32,000 nucleotides of DNA from Kineococcus radiotolerans SRS30216 = ATCC BAA-149 (lineage in GTDB: Bacteria; Actinomycetota; Actinomycetes; Actinomycetales; Kineococcaceae): contig NC_009664.2 in NCBI RefSeq assembly GCF_000017305.1, forward strand, positions 3,780,001-3,812,000, given 5' to 3'. A model generated the notes under the pieces. It did no database searches. It saw nothing but the letters and a program-made list of their open reading frames with translations, and had not been told where the DNA came from. Positions 18,366 through 28,300 of this stretch are shown piece by piece (the stretch's first letter is position 1; each line of letters begins with the position of its first letter). Position numbers and translations under genes: made by a program.

Positions 18366-19796
18366 GTGGCAGCTCCGCAGAACTACCTAGCGGTCATCAA
18401 GGTCGTCGGCGTCGGCGGCGGCGGCGTGAACGCGGTCAACCGGATGATCGAGGTCGGCCTCAAGGGCGTCGAGTTCATCGCCGTCAACACCGACGCCCAG
18501 GCGCTCCTCATGTCCGACGCGGACGTGAAGCTCGACGTCGGACGCGAGCTCACCCGCGGGCTCGGCGCCGGCGCCGACCCGGAGGTCGGCCGCAAGGCGG
18601 CCGAGGACCACGCCGAGGAGATCGAGGAGGTGCTCAAGGGCGCCGACATGGTCTTCGTCACGGCCGGCGAGGGCGGTGGCACCGGCACCGGCGGGGCGCC
18701 CGTCGTGGCCCGCATCGCCCGCTCGCTCGGGGCGCTGACCATCGGTGTGGTCACCCGTCCCTTCACCTTCGAGGGCCGCCGTCGCGCCAACTCCGCCGAG
18801 AGCGGCATCGCCGAGCTCCGCGACGAGGTCGACACCCTCATCGTCATCCCCAACGACCGGCTGCTGTCGATCTCCGACAAGCAGGTCAGCATCCTCGACG
18901 CCTTCAAGTCGGCCGACCAGGTGCTGCTCTCCGGTGTCCAGGGCATCACCGACCTCATCACCACCCCGGGTCTGATCAACCTCGACTTCGCGGACGTGAA
19001 GTCGGTCATGCAGGGCGCGGGTTCGGCCCTCATGGGCATCGGCTCCGCCCGCGGCGACGACCGGGCCGTCCAGGCCGCGGAGTCGGCGATCTCCTCGCCG
19101 CTGCTCGAGGCCAGCATCGACGGCGCGCACGGCGTGCTGCTGTCGATCCAGGGTGGTTCCGACCTCGGTCTCTACGAGATCAACGAGGCTGCCCGCCTGG
19201 TCCAGGAGGCTGCGCACCCCGAGGCGAACATCATCTTCGGCGCCGTCATCGACGACGCCCTCGGCGACGAGGTGCGGGTCACCGTCATCGCGGCGGGCTT
19301 CGACTCCGGCACCCCGGTCCGCCGCCGCGACGAGCGGGCGCTGGGGCAGGTCTCCGGCCGTCCCCAGCAGGGCAGCGCCGTGCCGCCGCGCACGACGCGC
19401 CCCGACGCCTGGGGCGCCCCCGCGGCCCCCGCCGCGCCGGCTCCGCAGTACCAGCAGCAGGAGCAGCCGCCCGCCCCGGCGCCCGCCCCGCAGCCGCAGT
19501 ACGCCCAGGCCCAGCAGGCTCCCTCGCGGCCCTACGGCCAGCAGGAGTACGTCCCCTCGCAGTACGGCCAGCCCGCCTACGGCCAGCAGCCGCCCGCGGC
19601 GCCCCAGCAGCAGCAGGCGCCCCAGCAGCCGGCGCCCCAGCCGGTGGCCCATCAGGCGCCGCAGGTCGTGCCGAGCGAGGACCCGGTCCAGGTGCCCCGG
19701 ATCATCGAGCTCCCGCAGGACAACGCCTCGGTGCGTCGTCCGGGCCGTCCGCGGCCCGAGGAGGACGACCTGGACGTGCCCGACTTCCTCAAGTGA
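18366..19796 (+). CDS. ftsZ: Tubulin-like division GTPase FtsZ
   Basis: GTG lies 8 nt after GAGAGG. Motifs: N-terminus [33 protein letters not shown], tubulin signature GGGTGTG, and the C-terminal docking peptide [10 protein letters not shown]. The protein is 476 aa because of a linker of about 150 aa. Confidence 0.97.
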   Translation: MAAPQNYLAVIKVVGVGGGGVNAVNRMIEVGLKGVEFIAVNTDAQALLMSDADVKLDVGRELTRGLGAGADPEVGRKAAEDHAEEIEEVLKGADMVFVTAGEGGGTGTGGAPVVARIARSLGALTIGVVTRPFTFEGRRRANSAESGIAELRDEVDTLIVIPNDRLLSISDKQVSILDAFKSADQVLLSGVQGITDLITTPGLINLDFADVKSVMQGAGSALMGIGSARGDDRAVQAAESAISSPLLEASIDGAHGVLLSIQGGSDLGLYEINEAARLVQEAAHPEANIIFGAVIDDALGDEVRVTVIAAGFDSGTPVRRRDERALGQVSGRPQQGSAVPPRTTRPDAWGAPAAPAAPAPQYQQQEQPPAPAPAPQPQYAQAQQAPSRPYGQQEYVPSQYGQPAYGQQPPAAPQQQQAPQQPAPQPVAHQAPQVVPSEDPVQVPRIIELPQDNASVRRPGRPRPEEDDLDVPDFLK

Positions 19797-19818
19797 CGCC
19801 GTCCCTCCCGTCGGGTCG

Positions 19819-20550
19819 GTGAGCGTGCCCGACGAGCGCGTCCCGCTGTTGGACGCCGGCCTCCCGGCCGGCGTCCGCGGCGGGTTCACCACCCGGGCCG
19901 GTGGCCGCGGTCCGGCCCCGTACGACGGCCTGAACCTCGGTGACCACGTCGGCGACGACCCCGCCCGGGTCGCGGCGCACCGCGAGGCGCTGCGCGCCGC
20001 CGTGGGGGCCGAGCACCTGGTCGTGGGCGAGCAGGTGCACGGCGCCGACGTCGTCGAGGTCCACGGCCCGCCGGCGGTCGTCCCGCGCGCCGACGCCCTG
20101 ATCACCGCCGTCCCCGGGCTGGCCCTCGCCGTCGTGGTCGCCGACTGCGTCCCCGTGCTGCTGGCCGACCCGCGCGCGGGCCTGGTCGCGGTGGCCCACG
20201 CCGGCCGTCCGGGTCTCGTGGCGGGTGTCGTCCCCGCCGTGGTCGCGGCGCTGCGCGCCCGCGGCGCGCAGGACCTCGTCGCGGTCCTCGGCCCCTCCGT
20301 CTGCGGGGGCTGCTACGAGGTGCCGCAGGCGATGTCCGACGAGGTCGCCGCCCGGGTCCCCGCGGCCCGGGCCCGGACGCGCCGGGGCACCCCGGCCGTC
20401 GACGTGGCGGCCGGGGTCCTCGCGCAGCTGGAGCGGCTCGCCGTCCCCGCCTCCCGCGTGGAGCGCTGCACCGTCGAGGACGACGACCTCTTCTCCTACC
20501 GCCGCGAGGGCCGGACCGGGCGCAGCGGGGGCGTGGTGGTGCTGGCGTGA
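19819..20550 (+). CDS. pgeF: YfiH/PgeF (YlmD) laccase-domain / peptidoglycan editing factor family protein
   Basis: GTG 19819 gives 243 aa. Motifs: GFTTRAGG, QVHG, ADCVPV, HAGRPG, CGGCYEV, FSYRREG. It is in the conserved position after ftsZ. Confidence 0.88.
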   Translation: MSVPDERVPLLDAGLPAGVRGGFTTRAGGRGPAPYDGLNLGDHVGDDPARVAAHREALRAAVGAEHLVVGEQVHGADVVEVHGPPAVVPRADALITAVPGLALAVVVADCVPVLLADPRAGLVAVAHAGRPGLVAGVVPAVVAALRARGAQDLVAVLGPSVCGGCYEVPQAMSDEVAARVPAARARTRRGTPAVDVAAGVLAQLERLAVPASRVERCTVEDDDLFSYRREGRTGRSGGVVVLA

Positions 20551-21263
20551 ACGACCGTCGCGAGGAGCTCGCCGCGGGGCTGGACGCCGTCCGCGCCCGC
20601 CTCGCCGCCGCCGCCCGCGCCGCCGGGCGCGATCCCGGCACCCTGACCCTCGTCGCGGTCACCAAGTTCTTCCCCGCCTCCGACGTCCGCCTCCTGGCGG
20701 GGCTGGGCGTGCGCGACGCGGGGGAGAACCGCGACCAGGAGGCCTCGGCCAAGGCGGCCGAGCTGGCGGACCTGCCCGATCTGCACTGGCACTTCATCGG
20801 GCAGGTGCAGACGAACAAGGTGCGCTCGGTGGTCCGCTACGCCGGGTCGGTGCACTCCGTGGACCGGGTCCGCCTCGCCGACGCCCTCGGGCGCGCCGCG
20901 GCCGGGGCCGGCCGCGAGCTCGGCTGCTTCGTCCAGGTCGACCTCGCCGAGGCCCTGGGGCTGCCCGCGGACTCCGGCCGCGGGGGCGCGGCGGGCGAGG
21001 AGGTCCTGCGGGTGGCCGACGCCGTCGCGGGCGCGGACGCGCTGCGGCTGCGGGGGTTGATGGCCGTGGCGCCGCTGGGCGTGGAACCGGCCGCGGCCTT
21101 CGACGCGCTGGCGCGCACCGCGCAGCGGGTGCGCGAGCACCACCCGGGGGCGCTCGAGCTGTCGGCGGGGATGAGCGGAGACCTCGAGCAGGCCGTGGCC
21201 GCGGGGGCGACACACCTGCGTGTCGGCAGCGCCATCCTCGGCTCCCGTCCTCCCGCGCGGTAA
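20547..21263 (+). CDS. yggS: YggS/YlmE-family pyridoxal-phosphate homeostasis protein
   Basis: GTG overlaps the pgeF stop (GTGA 20547-20550). Motifs: VAVTKF (PLP lysine), HFIGQVQTNK, LSAGMSGD, LRVGSAI. Confidence 0.9.
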   Translation: MNDRREELAAGLDAVRARLAAAARAAGRDPGTLTLVAVTKFFPASDVRLLAGLGVRDAGENRDQEASAKAAELADLPDLHWHFIGQVQTNKVRSVVRYAGSVHSVDRVRLADALGRAAAGAGRELGCFVQVDLAEALGLPADSGRGGAAGEEVLRVADAVAGADALRLRGLMAVAPLGVEPAAAFDALARTAQRVREHHPGALELSAGMSGDLEQAVAAGATHLRVGSAILGSRPPAR

Positions 21264-21332
21264 CGTCCGCGTGTCCGGTCCCGTGGCCGGGTGCACACCA
21301 GACGAGACCCAGCACATCCCGAGGAGCCTGCG

Positions 21333-21896
21333 ATGGCCGGCGCGCTGCGCAATGCGATGGTCTACCTCGGCCTCGCGGAGGACGACCGCTACGCCGAGGA
21401 CACCGAGCCCGAGACGACGCGCCCCCGGGTCGAGGCCGCCCGCGAGGTGCGCGTCGAGTCCCGGCACGAGGCGCGCCCCGAGGTCCGGCACGAACCCCGG
21501 CCGGAGGTGTCCGTCGAGCGTCGGCCCGCTCCCGCGACCACCGCCCAGGTGACCCCGATCAGGAAGCAGGTGGCCCACGTGGTTCCCCAGACGTCGACCA
21601 CCTCCTCGTCCCCCGAGCTGCACCGGATCACGACGATCCACCCGCGGACCTACAACGAGGCCAAGACCATCGGCGAGTCGTTCCGCGAGGGCGTCCCGGT
21701 GATCATGAACCTGACGGACATGGACGACTCCGACGCCAAGCGGCTGGTGGACTTCTCCGCCGGTCTGGTCTTCGGGCTGCACGGTGCGATCGAGCGGGTG
21801 ACCAACAAGGTCTTCCTGCTCTCGCCGGCGAACGTGGAGGTCGCCTCCCAGGAGGAGGAGCGTCCGACCGAGCGAACCTTCTTCAACCAGTCCTGA
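21333..21896 (+). CDS. sepF: FtsZ-anchoring protein SepF
   Basis: ATG 21333 lies 6 nt after GAGGAG. It has the N-terminal amphipathic [14 protein letters not shown] and the C-terminal SepF domain [64 protein letters not shown]. Confidence 0.9.
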   Translation: MAGALRNAMVYLGLAEDDRYAEDTEPETTRPRVEAAREVRVESRHEARPEVRHEPRPEVSVERRPAPATTAQVTPIRKQVAHVVPQTSTTSSSPELHRITTIHPRTYNEAKTIGESFREGVPVIMNLTDMDDSDAKRLVDFSAGLVFGLHGAIERVTNKVFLLSPANVEVASQEEERPTERTFFNQS

Positions 21897-21936
21897 TCGG
21901 TCGTGACCACGGCGTGCGATCAGGCAGGATGATTCC

Positions 21937-22242
21937 GTGGCCGTGGTCTTCAAGCTCGCCGAGTTCGTCGTCCTGATCTTCTTCATCTGCCTCATCGGCA
22001 GGTTGGTCCTGGACTGGGTCCAGGCCCTGTCGCGGGAGTGGCGGCCCCGCGGGGCGGTCCTGGTGGGCGCGGAGGCCGTGTACACGGTCACCGACCCGCC
22101 GCTGAAGCTGCTGCGCCGGATCCTGCCGCCGCTGCGGCTGGGTGCCGTCCAGCTGGACCTCGCCTTCCTCGTGCTCGCCATCCTCTGCTCGATCCTCATG
22201 CCGACGTTCGAGAGCCTGGCGGTGCGCTCCGCGCTGTCCTGA
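21937..22242 (+). CDS. yggT: YggT/YlmG-family small membrane protein
   Basis: GTG lies 7 nt after AGGA. The 101-aa product has two or more hydrophobic helices and the family-typical segment VTDPPLKLLRRILPP. It holds the conserved slot between sepF and divIVA. Confidence 0.85.
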   Translation: MAVVFKLAEFVVLIFFICLIGRLVLDWVQALSREWRPRGAVLVGAEAVYTVTDPPLKLLRRILPPLRLGAVQLDLAFLVLAILCSILMPTFESLAVRSALS

Positions 22243-22348
22243 CCGGGCCGCGGGCCCCGACCTCCGCGGGGGCCGGGGCGATCACGTGGGCTACGGTGAA
22301 GGCCGGTTCGCCGTCCGTCCGGGGCGGTCCGTCAGCAGAGGTGTGGAG

Positions 22349-23026
22349 ATGCCGCTCACTCCGGAAGACGTCGTCGAGAAGCGATTCAACCCCACGCGCG
22401 TGCGCGAGGGGTACGCCCAGGACGAGGTCGACGACTTCCTCGACGAGGTCGTCGCCGAGCTGCGCCGGCTCAACGGCGAGAACGCCGAGCTGCGCGGTCA
22501 GCTCAGCCAGTGCCAGGCCCGGGTCGCCGAGCTGACCCGGGCGGGCGCCCAGGTCGCGGACGCGCCCGCCCCGGTCGCCGAGGTCCCCGAGGCCGCCGAG
22601 CCGGTCGTCGAACCCGTGGCCGAGGAGGAACCCCCGGCCCCCGAGCCGGAGCCGGCGCCGGTGAGCGCGCCCGCTCCCCAGCCCGCCGCTGCGGCGGGGG
22701 AGGACGCGGCCGTGCGCGCCGCCGGGGTCATCGCCCTGGCGCAGCGCCTGCACGACGAGTACGTCCGCGAGGGTGAGGCGCAGCGCGACGCGCTCGTCGC
22801 CGCGGCCCAGGAGCAGGCCCAGCGCGTAGTGACCGAGGCGGAGGCGCAGCGCGAGCGCACGCTGGGCGAGCTGGAGACCCGCCGGCACGTCCTCGAGGAC
22901 GTCATCCACGAGCTGCACGGCCGTGAGACCACCTACCGCGAGCAGCTCGACCGCTTCATGGCCTCCCAGCTCGAGGACCTGCGCCGCCTGGCCCGCGTCG
23001 TCCCCGACGACGCCGTGACCCGCTAG
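22349..23026 (+). CDS. divIVA: DivIVA/Wag31 polar-growth scaffold
   Basis: ATG follows GGAGA. It has the N-terminus MPLTPEDVVEKRFNPTRVREGYAQDEVDDFLDEV, then a coiled coil, an Ala/Pro/Glu-rich spacer and a C-terminal coiled coil. Confidence 0.92.
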   Translation: MPLTPEDVVEKRFNPTRVREGYAQDEVDDFLDEVVAELRRLNGENAELRGQLSQCQARVAELTRAGAQVADAPAPVAEVPEAAEPVVEPVAEEEPPAPEPEPAPVSAPAPQPAAAAGEDAAVRAAGVIALAQRLHDEYVREGEAQRDALVAAAQEQAQRVVTEAEAQRERTLGELETRRHVLEDVIHELHGRETTYREQLDRFMASQLEDLRRLARVVPDDAVTR

Positions 23027-23046
23027 GTCCTCCGGGACCGCTCCCG

Positions 23047-23083
23047 CAGCCGCCACCCCGCCGGGGTGGCGGCTGTCGTGGTT
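23047..23083 (+). terminator. Probable intrinsic terminator ending the dcw/divIVA transcription unit
   Basis: Perfect 13-bp GC-rich stem CAGCCGCCACCCC-gcc-GGGGTGGCGGCTG (23047-23075), 21 nt after the divIVA stop, followed by a weak T-containing tail TCGTGGTT. Confidence 0.6.
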
Positions 23084-23127
23084 CCGGGGCCCCCGCCCGG
23101 CTGATGCTGGCAACTTTCCGTTTCCGG

Positions 23128-23156
23128 TTGCTCACACACGGTGATATCCCTAGTGT
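23128..23156 (+). promoter_or_regulatory. Candidate promoter for the dksA-like/lspA/rluD unit: -35 TTGCTC, 17-nt spacer, -10 TAGTGT
   Basis: Hexamers were read directly in a locally AT-richer patch just downstream of the terminator and 49 nt upstream of ATG 23205. Confidence 0.4.
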
Positions 23157-23204
23157 CTCCCGCACGCGGTGCGTCAGCCGCGCTCGATGTGAGGGGGGAC
23201 CACG

Positions 23205-23684
23205 ATGCACGGGGTGTCTGCAGGGACCGCGACCGCCGGGGCGGCAGCCAGGACCACGGGGCGCGCCGCTCGCGCCGCGGCGGTGCGCGAGCTGCCGGTC
23301 GTGCCGGTCCACGACTCCGAGGAGGCCTGGACCCCCGCCGAGCTCGACGAGGTCCGCGTCGAGCTGCAGCTCGAGATCGACCGGCTCTCCGCGGAGCTGG
23401 CCGAGGCGTCCTCCTCGTTCTCCGCGCTCGTGCGCTCCGGCGAGGGCGCCGGCGACGACCAGGTCGACCACGGCGCCACCACGGCCGGGCGCGAGCACGA
23501 GATGACCATCGTCAACAACGCGCGCGAGCTGCTCGAGCAGACCCAGCGCGCCCTGGTGCGCCTGGGCTCGGGCGTCTACGGCGTCTGCGAGTCCTGCGAC
23601 GGCCCGGTCGGCAAGGCCCGCCTGCAGGCCTTCCCGCGCGTGACCCTCTGCGTGCGCTGCAAGTCCCGCGGCGAACGCCGCTGA
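23205..23684 (+). CDS. TraR/DksA-family C4 zinc-finger protein
   Basis: ATG lies 6 nt after GAGGGGGG. The C-terminal GVCESCDGPVGKARLQAFPRVTLCVRCK (CxxC-x17-CxxC) aligns by eye with E. coli DksA [28 protein letters not shown]. It is preceded by coiled-coil-like segments and DQVDHG, which resembles the DksA tip DPVDRA. Confidence 0.85.
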   Translation: MHGVSAGTATAGAAARTTGRAARAAAVRELPVVPVHDSEEAWTPAELDEVRVELQLEIDRLSAELAEASSSFSALVRSGEGAGDDQVDHGATTAGREHEMTIVNNARELLEQTQRALVRLGSGVYGVCESCDGPVGKARLQAFPRVTLCVRCKSRGERR

Positions 23685-23768
23685 GCCGCCTCCCGGTCGG
23701 CGCTCGCACGGGTGGTCCCCGGCGATCGCCGACCGGGGCGGGCGGACGGCGTGGGACACTGGGGCGCC

Positions 23769-24344
23769 ATGACCGATGCCACCCCCGCCCCGGAGCCGTC
23801 CCCCCCGGGGACCGACGACCGGCGCCCCCGCTACGCGCTGTGGACCGCCCTCGTCTGGGCCGTGGTCTACGCGCTGGACCAGGTCACCAAGGTGCTGGCC
23901 GTCGCGAACCTCGTGGAGGAGGGCGACCCGCAGCCCCTGGTCGGTGACCTGCTGCAGCTGCACCTGATCCGCAACCCCGGCGCCGCGTTCGGCTTCGCCA
24001 CCGGGTTCACCTGGATCTTCACCGTCCTGGCCGCGGTCGTGGTCGTGGTCGTGGTCCGGATGTCCCGGAAGCTGCGCAGCCTGCCGTGGGCGCTGGCCTT
24101 CGGGTTCCTGCTCGCCGGGGCCACCGGCAACCTCACCGACCGCCTGCTGCGCGAGCCCGGCTTCGCGCGCGGCCACGTCGTGGACTTCCTCCAGCTGCCG
24201 CACTGGCCGATCTTCAACGTCGCGGACGCCAGCATCTGCACCGCGGCCGTCCTCATCGCGGTGCTCGCCGTCCGCGGGACGGGCCTCGACGGCCGCCGCG
24301 AGACGCGTCCCGCCCGCACCCACCAGGAGGCCGAGGGTGCCTGA
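23769..24344 (+). CDS. lspA: Lipoprotein signal peptidase (signal peptidase II)
   Basis: Motifs: [27 protein letters not shown]; four TM helices. The start is ATG 23769 (the alternative is GTG 23712 in the track ORF). Confidence 0.9.
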   Translation: MTDATPAPEPSPPGTDDRRPRYALWTALVWAVVYALDQVTKVLAVANLVEEGDPQPLVGDLLQLHLIRNPGAAFGFATGFTWIFTVLAAVVVVVVVRMSRKLRSLPWALAFGFLLAGATGNLTDRLLREPGFARGHVVDFLQLPHWPIFNVADASICTAAVLIAVLAVRGTGLDGRRETRPARTHQEAEGA

Positions 24345-25260
24345 GCAGCGCAGCCTGCCCGTCCCCGACGGCCTGGAGGGCGAACGCGTCGACGCGGCCC
24401 TGTCCCGGCTGCTGGGCCTCTCCCGCACCCGCGCGGCCGACATCGCCGCGGCCGGTCACGTCCTCGTCGACGGCCGCGCGGTCGGCAAGTCCGACCGCCT
24501 CACCGCCGGGGCGTGGCTGGAGGTCGAGGTCCCCGACGCCCCCGGCGCCCCGACCGCCGTGGCGGAGCGGATCGAGGGCCTGACGATCGTGCACGACGAC
24601 GACGACCTCGTGGTCGTCGACAAGCCCGTCGGCGTCGCCGCCCACCCCAGCCCCGGCTGGACCGGTCCCACGGTCGTGGGGGGCCTGATGGGCGCGGGCT
24701 ACACCATCGCCACCTCCGGCTCGGCCGAGCGGCAGGGCGTCGTGCACCGCCTCGACGTCGGCACCTCGGGGTTGATGGTCGTCGCCAAGAGCGAGCACGC
24801 CTACTCCGCCCTCAAGCGCGCCTTCAAGGAGCGCACGGTCGAGAAGGTCTACCACGCCCTCGTGCAGGGCCACCCGGACCCGCTGCGCGGCACCATCGAC
24901 GCCCCCATCGGCCGCCACCCGGGCGGGACGTACAAGTTCGCGGTCACGGCCGAGGGCAAGCCCAGCGTCACCCACTACGAGGTGCTGGAGGCGTTCCGCG
25001 CCGCCGCCCTCTGCGAGGTGCACCTGGAGACCGGGCGCACCCACCAGATCCGCGTCCACTTCTCGGCGTTGCGCCACCCCTGCGTGGGGGACCTCAACTA
25101 CGGCGCGGACCCGACGCTGGCCGCGCGCCTGGGCCTGACCCGCCAGTGGCTGCACGCCGTGCGGCTGGGCTTCGAGCACCCGGGGACGGGGCAGGCGGTG
25201 GAGTTCACCAGCAGCTACCCCGAGGACCTCGCCACCGCGCTGGAGCGGTTGCAGGACTGA
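24337..25260 (+). CDS. rluD: RluA-family 23S rRNA pseudouridine synthase (RluD-type)
   Basis: GTG overlaps the lspA 3' end by 8 nt. It has an N-terminal S4-like domain, the catalytic motif [15 protein letters not shown], and GRTHQIRVH. Confidence 0.9.
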   Translation: MPEQRSLPVPDGLEGERVDAALSRLLGLSRTRAADIAAAGHVLVDGRAVGKSDRLTAGAWLEVEVPDAPGAPTAVAERIEGLTIVHDDDDLVVVDKPVGVAAHPSPGWTGPTVVGGLMGAGYTIATSGSAERQGVVHRLDVGTSGLMVVAKSEHAYSALKRAFKERTVEKVYHALVQGHPDPLRGTIDAPIGRHPGGTYKFAVTAEGKPSVTHYEVLEAFRAAALCEVHLETGRTHQIRVHFSALRHPCVGDLNYGADPTLAARLGLTRQWLHAVRLGFEHPGTGQAVEFTSSYPEDLATALERLQD

Positions 25261-25270
25261 CCCCTCCGGT

Positions 25271-25294
25271 CCCCCCGGCGCGAGTGTCGGGGGG
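25271..25294 (+). other. GC stem-loop (CCCCCCG-10 nt-CGGGGGG) in the rluD-dnaE spacer; possible weak terminator or processing site
   Basis: Read directly. It is a 7-bp stem with no U-tract, so function is uncertain. Confidence 0.25.
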
Positions 25295-25361
25295 CCTGCG
25301 CGTCCGACCCGGCGCCTACCATCGACACGCACCACCAGCTCACCCCCAGGAGGCGCCGACC

Positions 25362-28300
25362 ATGGCATCCGCGGACTCGTTCGCCCACCTGCACGTCCAC
25401 ACCGAGTACTCCATGCTGGACGGTGCGGCCAAGGTGGACGACCTCTTCCGCACCGCCGCGGAGATGGGGATGCCGGCGGTCGCCACCACCGACCACGGCT
25501 TCGTCTTCGGCGCCTACGACTTCTGGAAGACGGCCAAGAAGCACGGCGTGAAGCCGATCATCGGCGTCGAGGCCTACCTGACCCCGGGCACGGCCCGCCA
25601 GGACAAGACCCGCGTGAAGTGGGGCGACCCCAACGGCCGCTCCGGCGACGACGTGTCGGGCGCGGGGTCCTACACCCACATGACGATGCTGGCCCAGAAC
25701 ACCGCCGGCATGCACAACCTCTTCAAGATGAGCAGCCTCGCCAGCCTCGAGGGCTTCCTCTACAAGCCCCGCATGGACCGCGAGCTGCTCTCGCAGTACT
25801 CCGCCGGCCTCATCGCCACCACGGGCTGCCCCTCGGGGGAGGTCCAGACGCGGCTGCGGCTGGGCCAGTACGACGAGGCCCGCAAGGCCGCCGCGGACTA
25901 CCGCGACATCTTCGGGGCGGAGAACTTCTTCTGCGAGCTGATGGACCACGGCCTCGACATCGAGCGCCGCGTCCAGGACGACCTGCTCAAGCTGGCCAAG
26001 GACCTCGACCTGCCGCTGCTGGCCACCAACGACCTGCACTACACCCACGCGGGGGACTCCCAGGCGCACGCGGCGCTGCTGTGCGTGCAGTCCGGTTCGA
26101 CGCTGGCCGACCCCAAGCGCTTCAAGTTCGACGCCGACGAGTTCTACCTCAAGAGCCCCGCCGAGATGCGCCACGTGTGGCGCGACCACCCCGAGGCCTG
26201 CGACAACACCCTGCTCATCGCCGAGCGGTGCGAGGTCGAGTTCACCGAGTCCACCGGCGCCTACATGCCGCGCTTCCCCTGCCCGGAGGGGGAGGACGAG
26301 GAGAGCTGGTTCGTCAAGGAGGTCTGGAGCGGGCTGGCCCAGCGCTACCCGGCGGGCATCCCCGACGACGTGCGCAAGCAGGCCGACTACGAGATCGAGG
26401 TCATCACCTCCAAGGGCTACGCCGGGTACTTCCTCGTCGTCGCCGACTTCATCAACTGGTCCAAGGAGAACGGCATCCGGGTCGGACCGGGCCGTGGTTC
26501 CGGCGCGGGGTCGATGGCCGCCTACGCCATGAAGATCACCGACCTGGACCCGTTGCGCCACGGCCTGTTCTTCGAGCGCTTCCTCAACCCCGAGCGCATG
26601 TCCATGCCCGACTTCGACGTCGACTTCGACGAACGCCGCCGCGGTGAGGTCATCCAGTACGTCGTCGAGAAGTACGGCACCGACCGCGTCGCGCAGATCG
26701 TCACCTACGGCACGATCAAGGCGAAGCAGGCGGTCAAGGACTCCTCGCGCGTCCTGGGTTTCCCGTTCTCCATGGGCGACCGCATCACGAAGACGATGCC
26801 GCCGGCCGTCATGGGCAAGGACATCCCGCTGTCGGGGATCTTCGACCCGAACCACAAGCGGTACTCCGAGGCGGGGGAGTTCCGCGAGCTCTACAAGTCC
26901 GACCCCGAGGTCGTGAAGGTCGTCGACACCGCCCGCGGTCTCGAGGGGCTGAAGCGGCAGTGGGGCGTGCACGCCGCGGGCGTCATCATGTCGTCCGACC
27001 CGCTGATCGACCTCATCCCGATCATGAAGCGGGAAGCCGACGGCGCGATCATCACCCAGTTCGACTACCCGACGTGCGAGACGCTCGGGCTGGTCAAGAT
27101 GGACTTCCTGGGGCTGCGCAACCTCACGATCCTCGACGACGCCCTGAAGAACGTCGTGGCCAACGGCAAGGAGGCCGTCGACCTCGACGCCCTCGAGCTC
27201 GACGACCAGGCCACGTTCGACCTCCTCGGCCGCGGGGACACCCTCGGGGTGTTCCAGTTCGACGGCGGGCCCATGCGCTCGCTGCTGCGGCTCATGCGCC
27301 CGGACAACTTCGAGGACATCTCCGCCGTCGGTGCCCTCTACCGCCCGGGGCCGATGGGCGCGGGTTCGCACACCGCCTACGCCCGGCGCAAGAACGGCCA
27401 GGAGCCGATCACCCCGATCCACCCCGAGCTCGAGGAACCCCTGAAGGAGATCCTCGGCACGACCTACGGCCTGATCGTGTACCAGGAGCAGGTCATGTCG
27501 ATCGCGCAGAAGGTCGCCGGGTACTCCCTCGGCAGCGCCGACCTGCTGCGCCGGGCCATGGGCAAGAAGAAGCGCGAGGTCCTCGACGCCGAGTACGTGG
27601 GCTTCGAGAAGGGGATGCTGGACAACGGGTTCTCCAAGGAGTGCGTCAAGGCGCTCTGGGACATCCTCGTCCCCTTCTCCGACTACGCCTTCAACAAGGC
27701 CCACTCCGCGGCCTACGGGCTGGTCTCCTACTGGACGGCCTACCTCAAGGCGAACTACCCGGCGGAGTACATGGCCGCGGTGCTCACCTCGGTGCGCGAC
27801 GACAAGGACAAGTCCGCGCTGTACCTCAACGAGTGCCGCCGCATGGGCATCCAGGTGCTCCCGCCGGACGTCAACGAGTCCAGCGCGAACTTCACCGCCG
27901 TGGGCGCCGACATCCGCTTCGGCCTCACCGCGATCCGCAACGTCGGCGCCAACGTCGTCGACGCGGTCGTGGAGGCCCGGGCGGAGAAGGGCCGTTACGA
28001 GTCGTTCACCGACTTCCTCACCAAGGTCCCCGCGGTCGTCTGCAACAAGCGCACCATCGAGTCGCTCATCAAGGCCGGCGCCTTCGACTCCCTGGGGCAC
28101 CGCCGCCGCGCGCTGGTGGCCAAGCACGAGGACGCCGTGGACGCCGTCGTGGACGTCAAGCGCAACGAGGCCATCGGGCAGTTCGACCTGTTCGCCGGTC
28201 TCGGCGGGGACGACGACGGCGGGGCGGGGGGCTTCCACGTCGAGATCCCGGACCTGCCCGAGTGGGAGAAGGCCGAGCTGCTGGCCCACGAGCGGCAGAT

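Noticed and set aside
18172-18390. 72-aa ORF inside the ftsQ-ftsZ spacer (MWCRSRIRTGCCRD...)
   Set aside because: It has no RBS, a Cys/Arg-rich implausible composition and atypical codon usage. It runs into the ftsZ start in another frame. The region is better explained as promoter/leader DNA.
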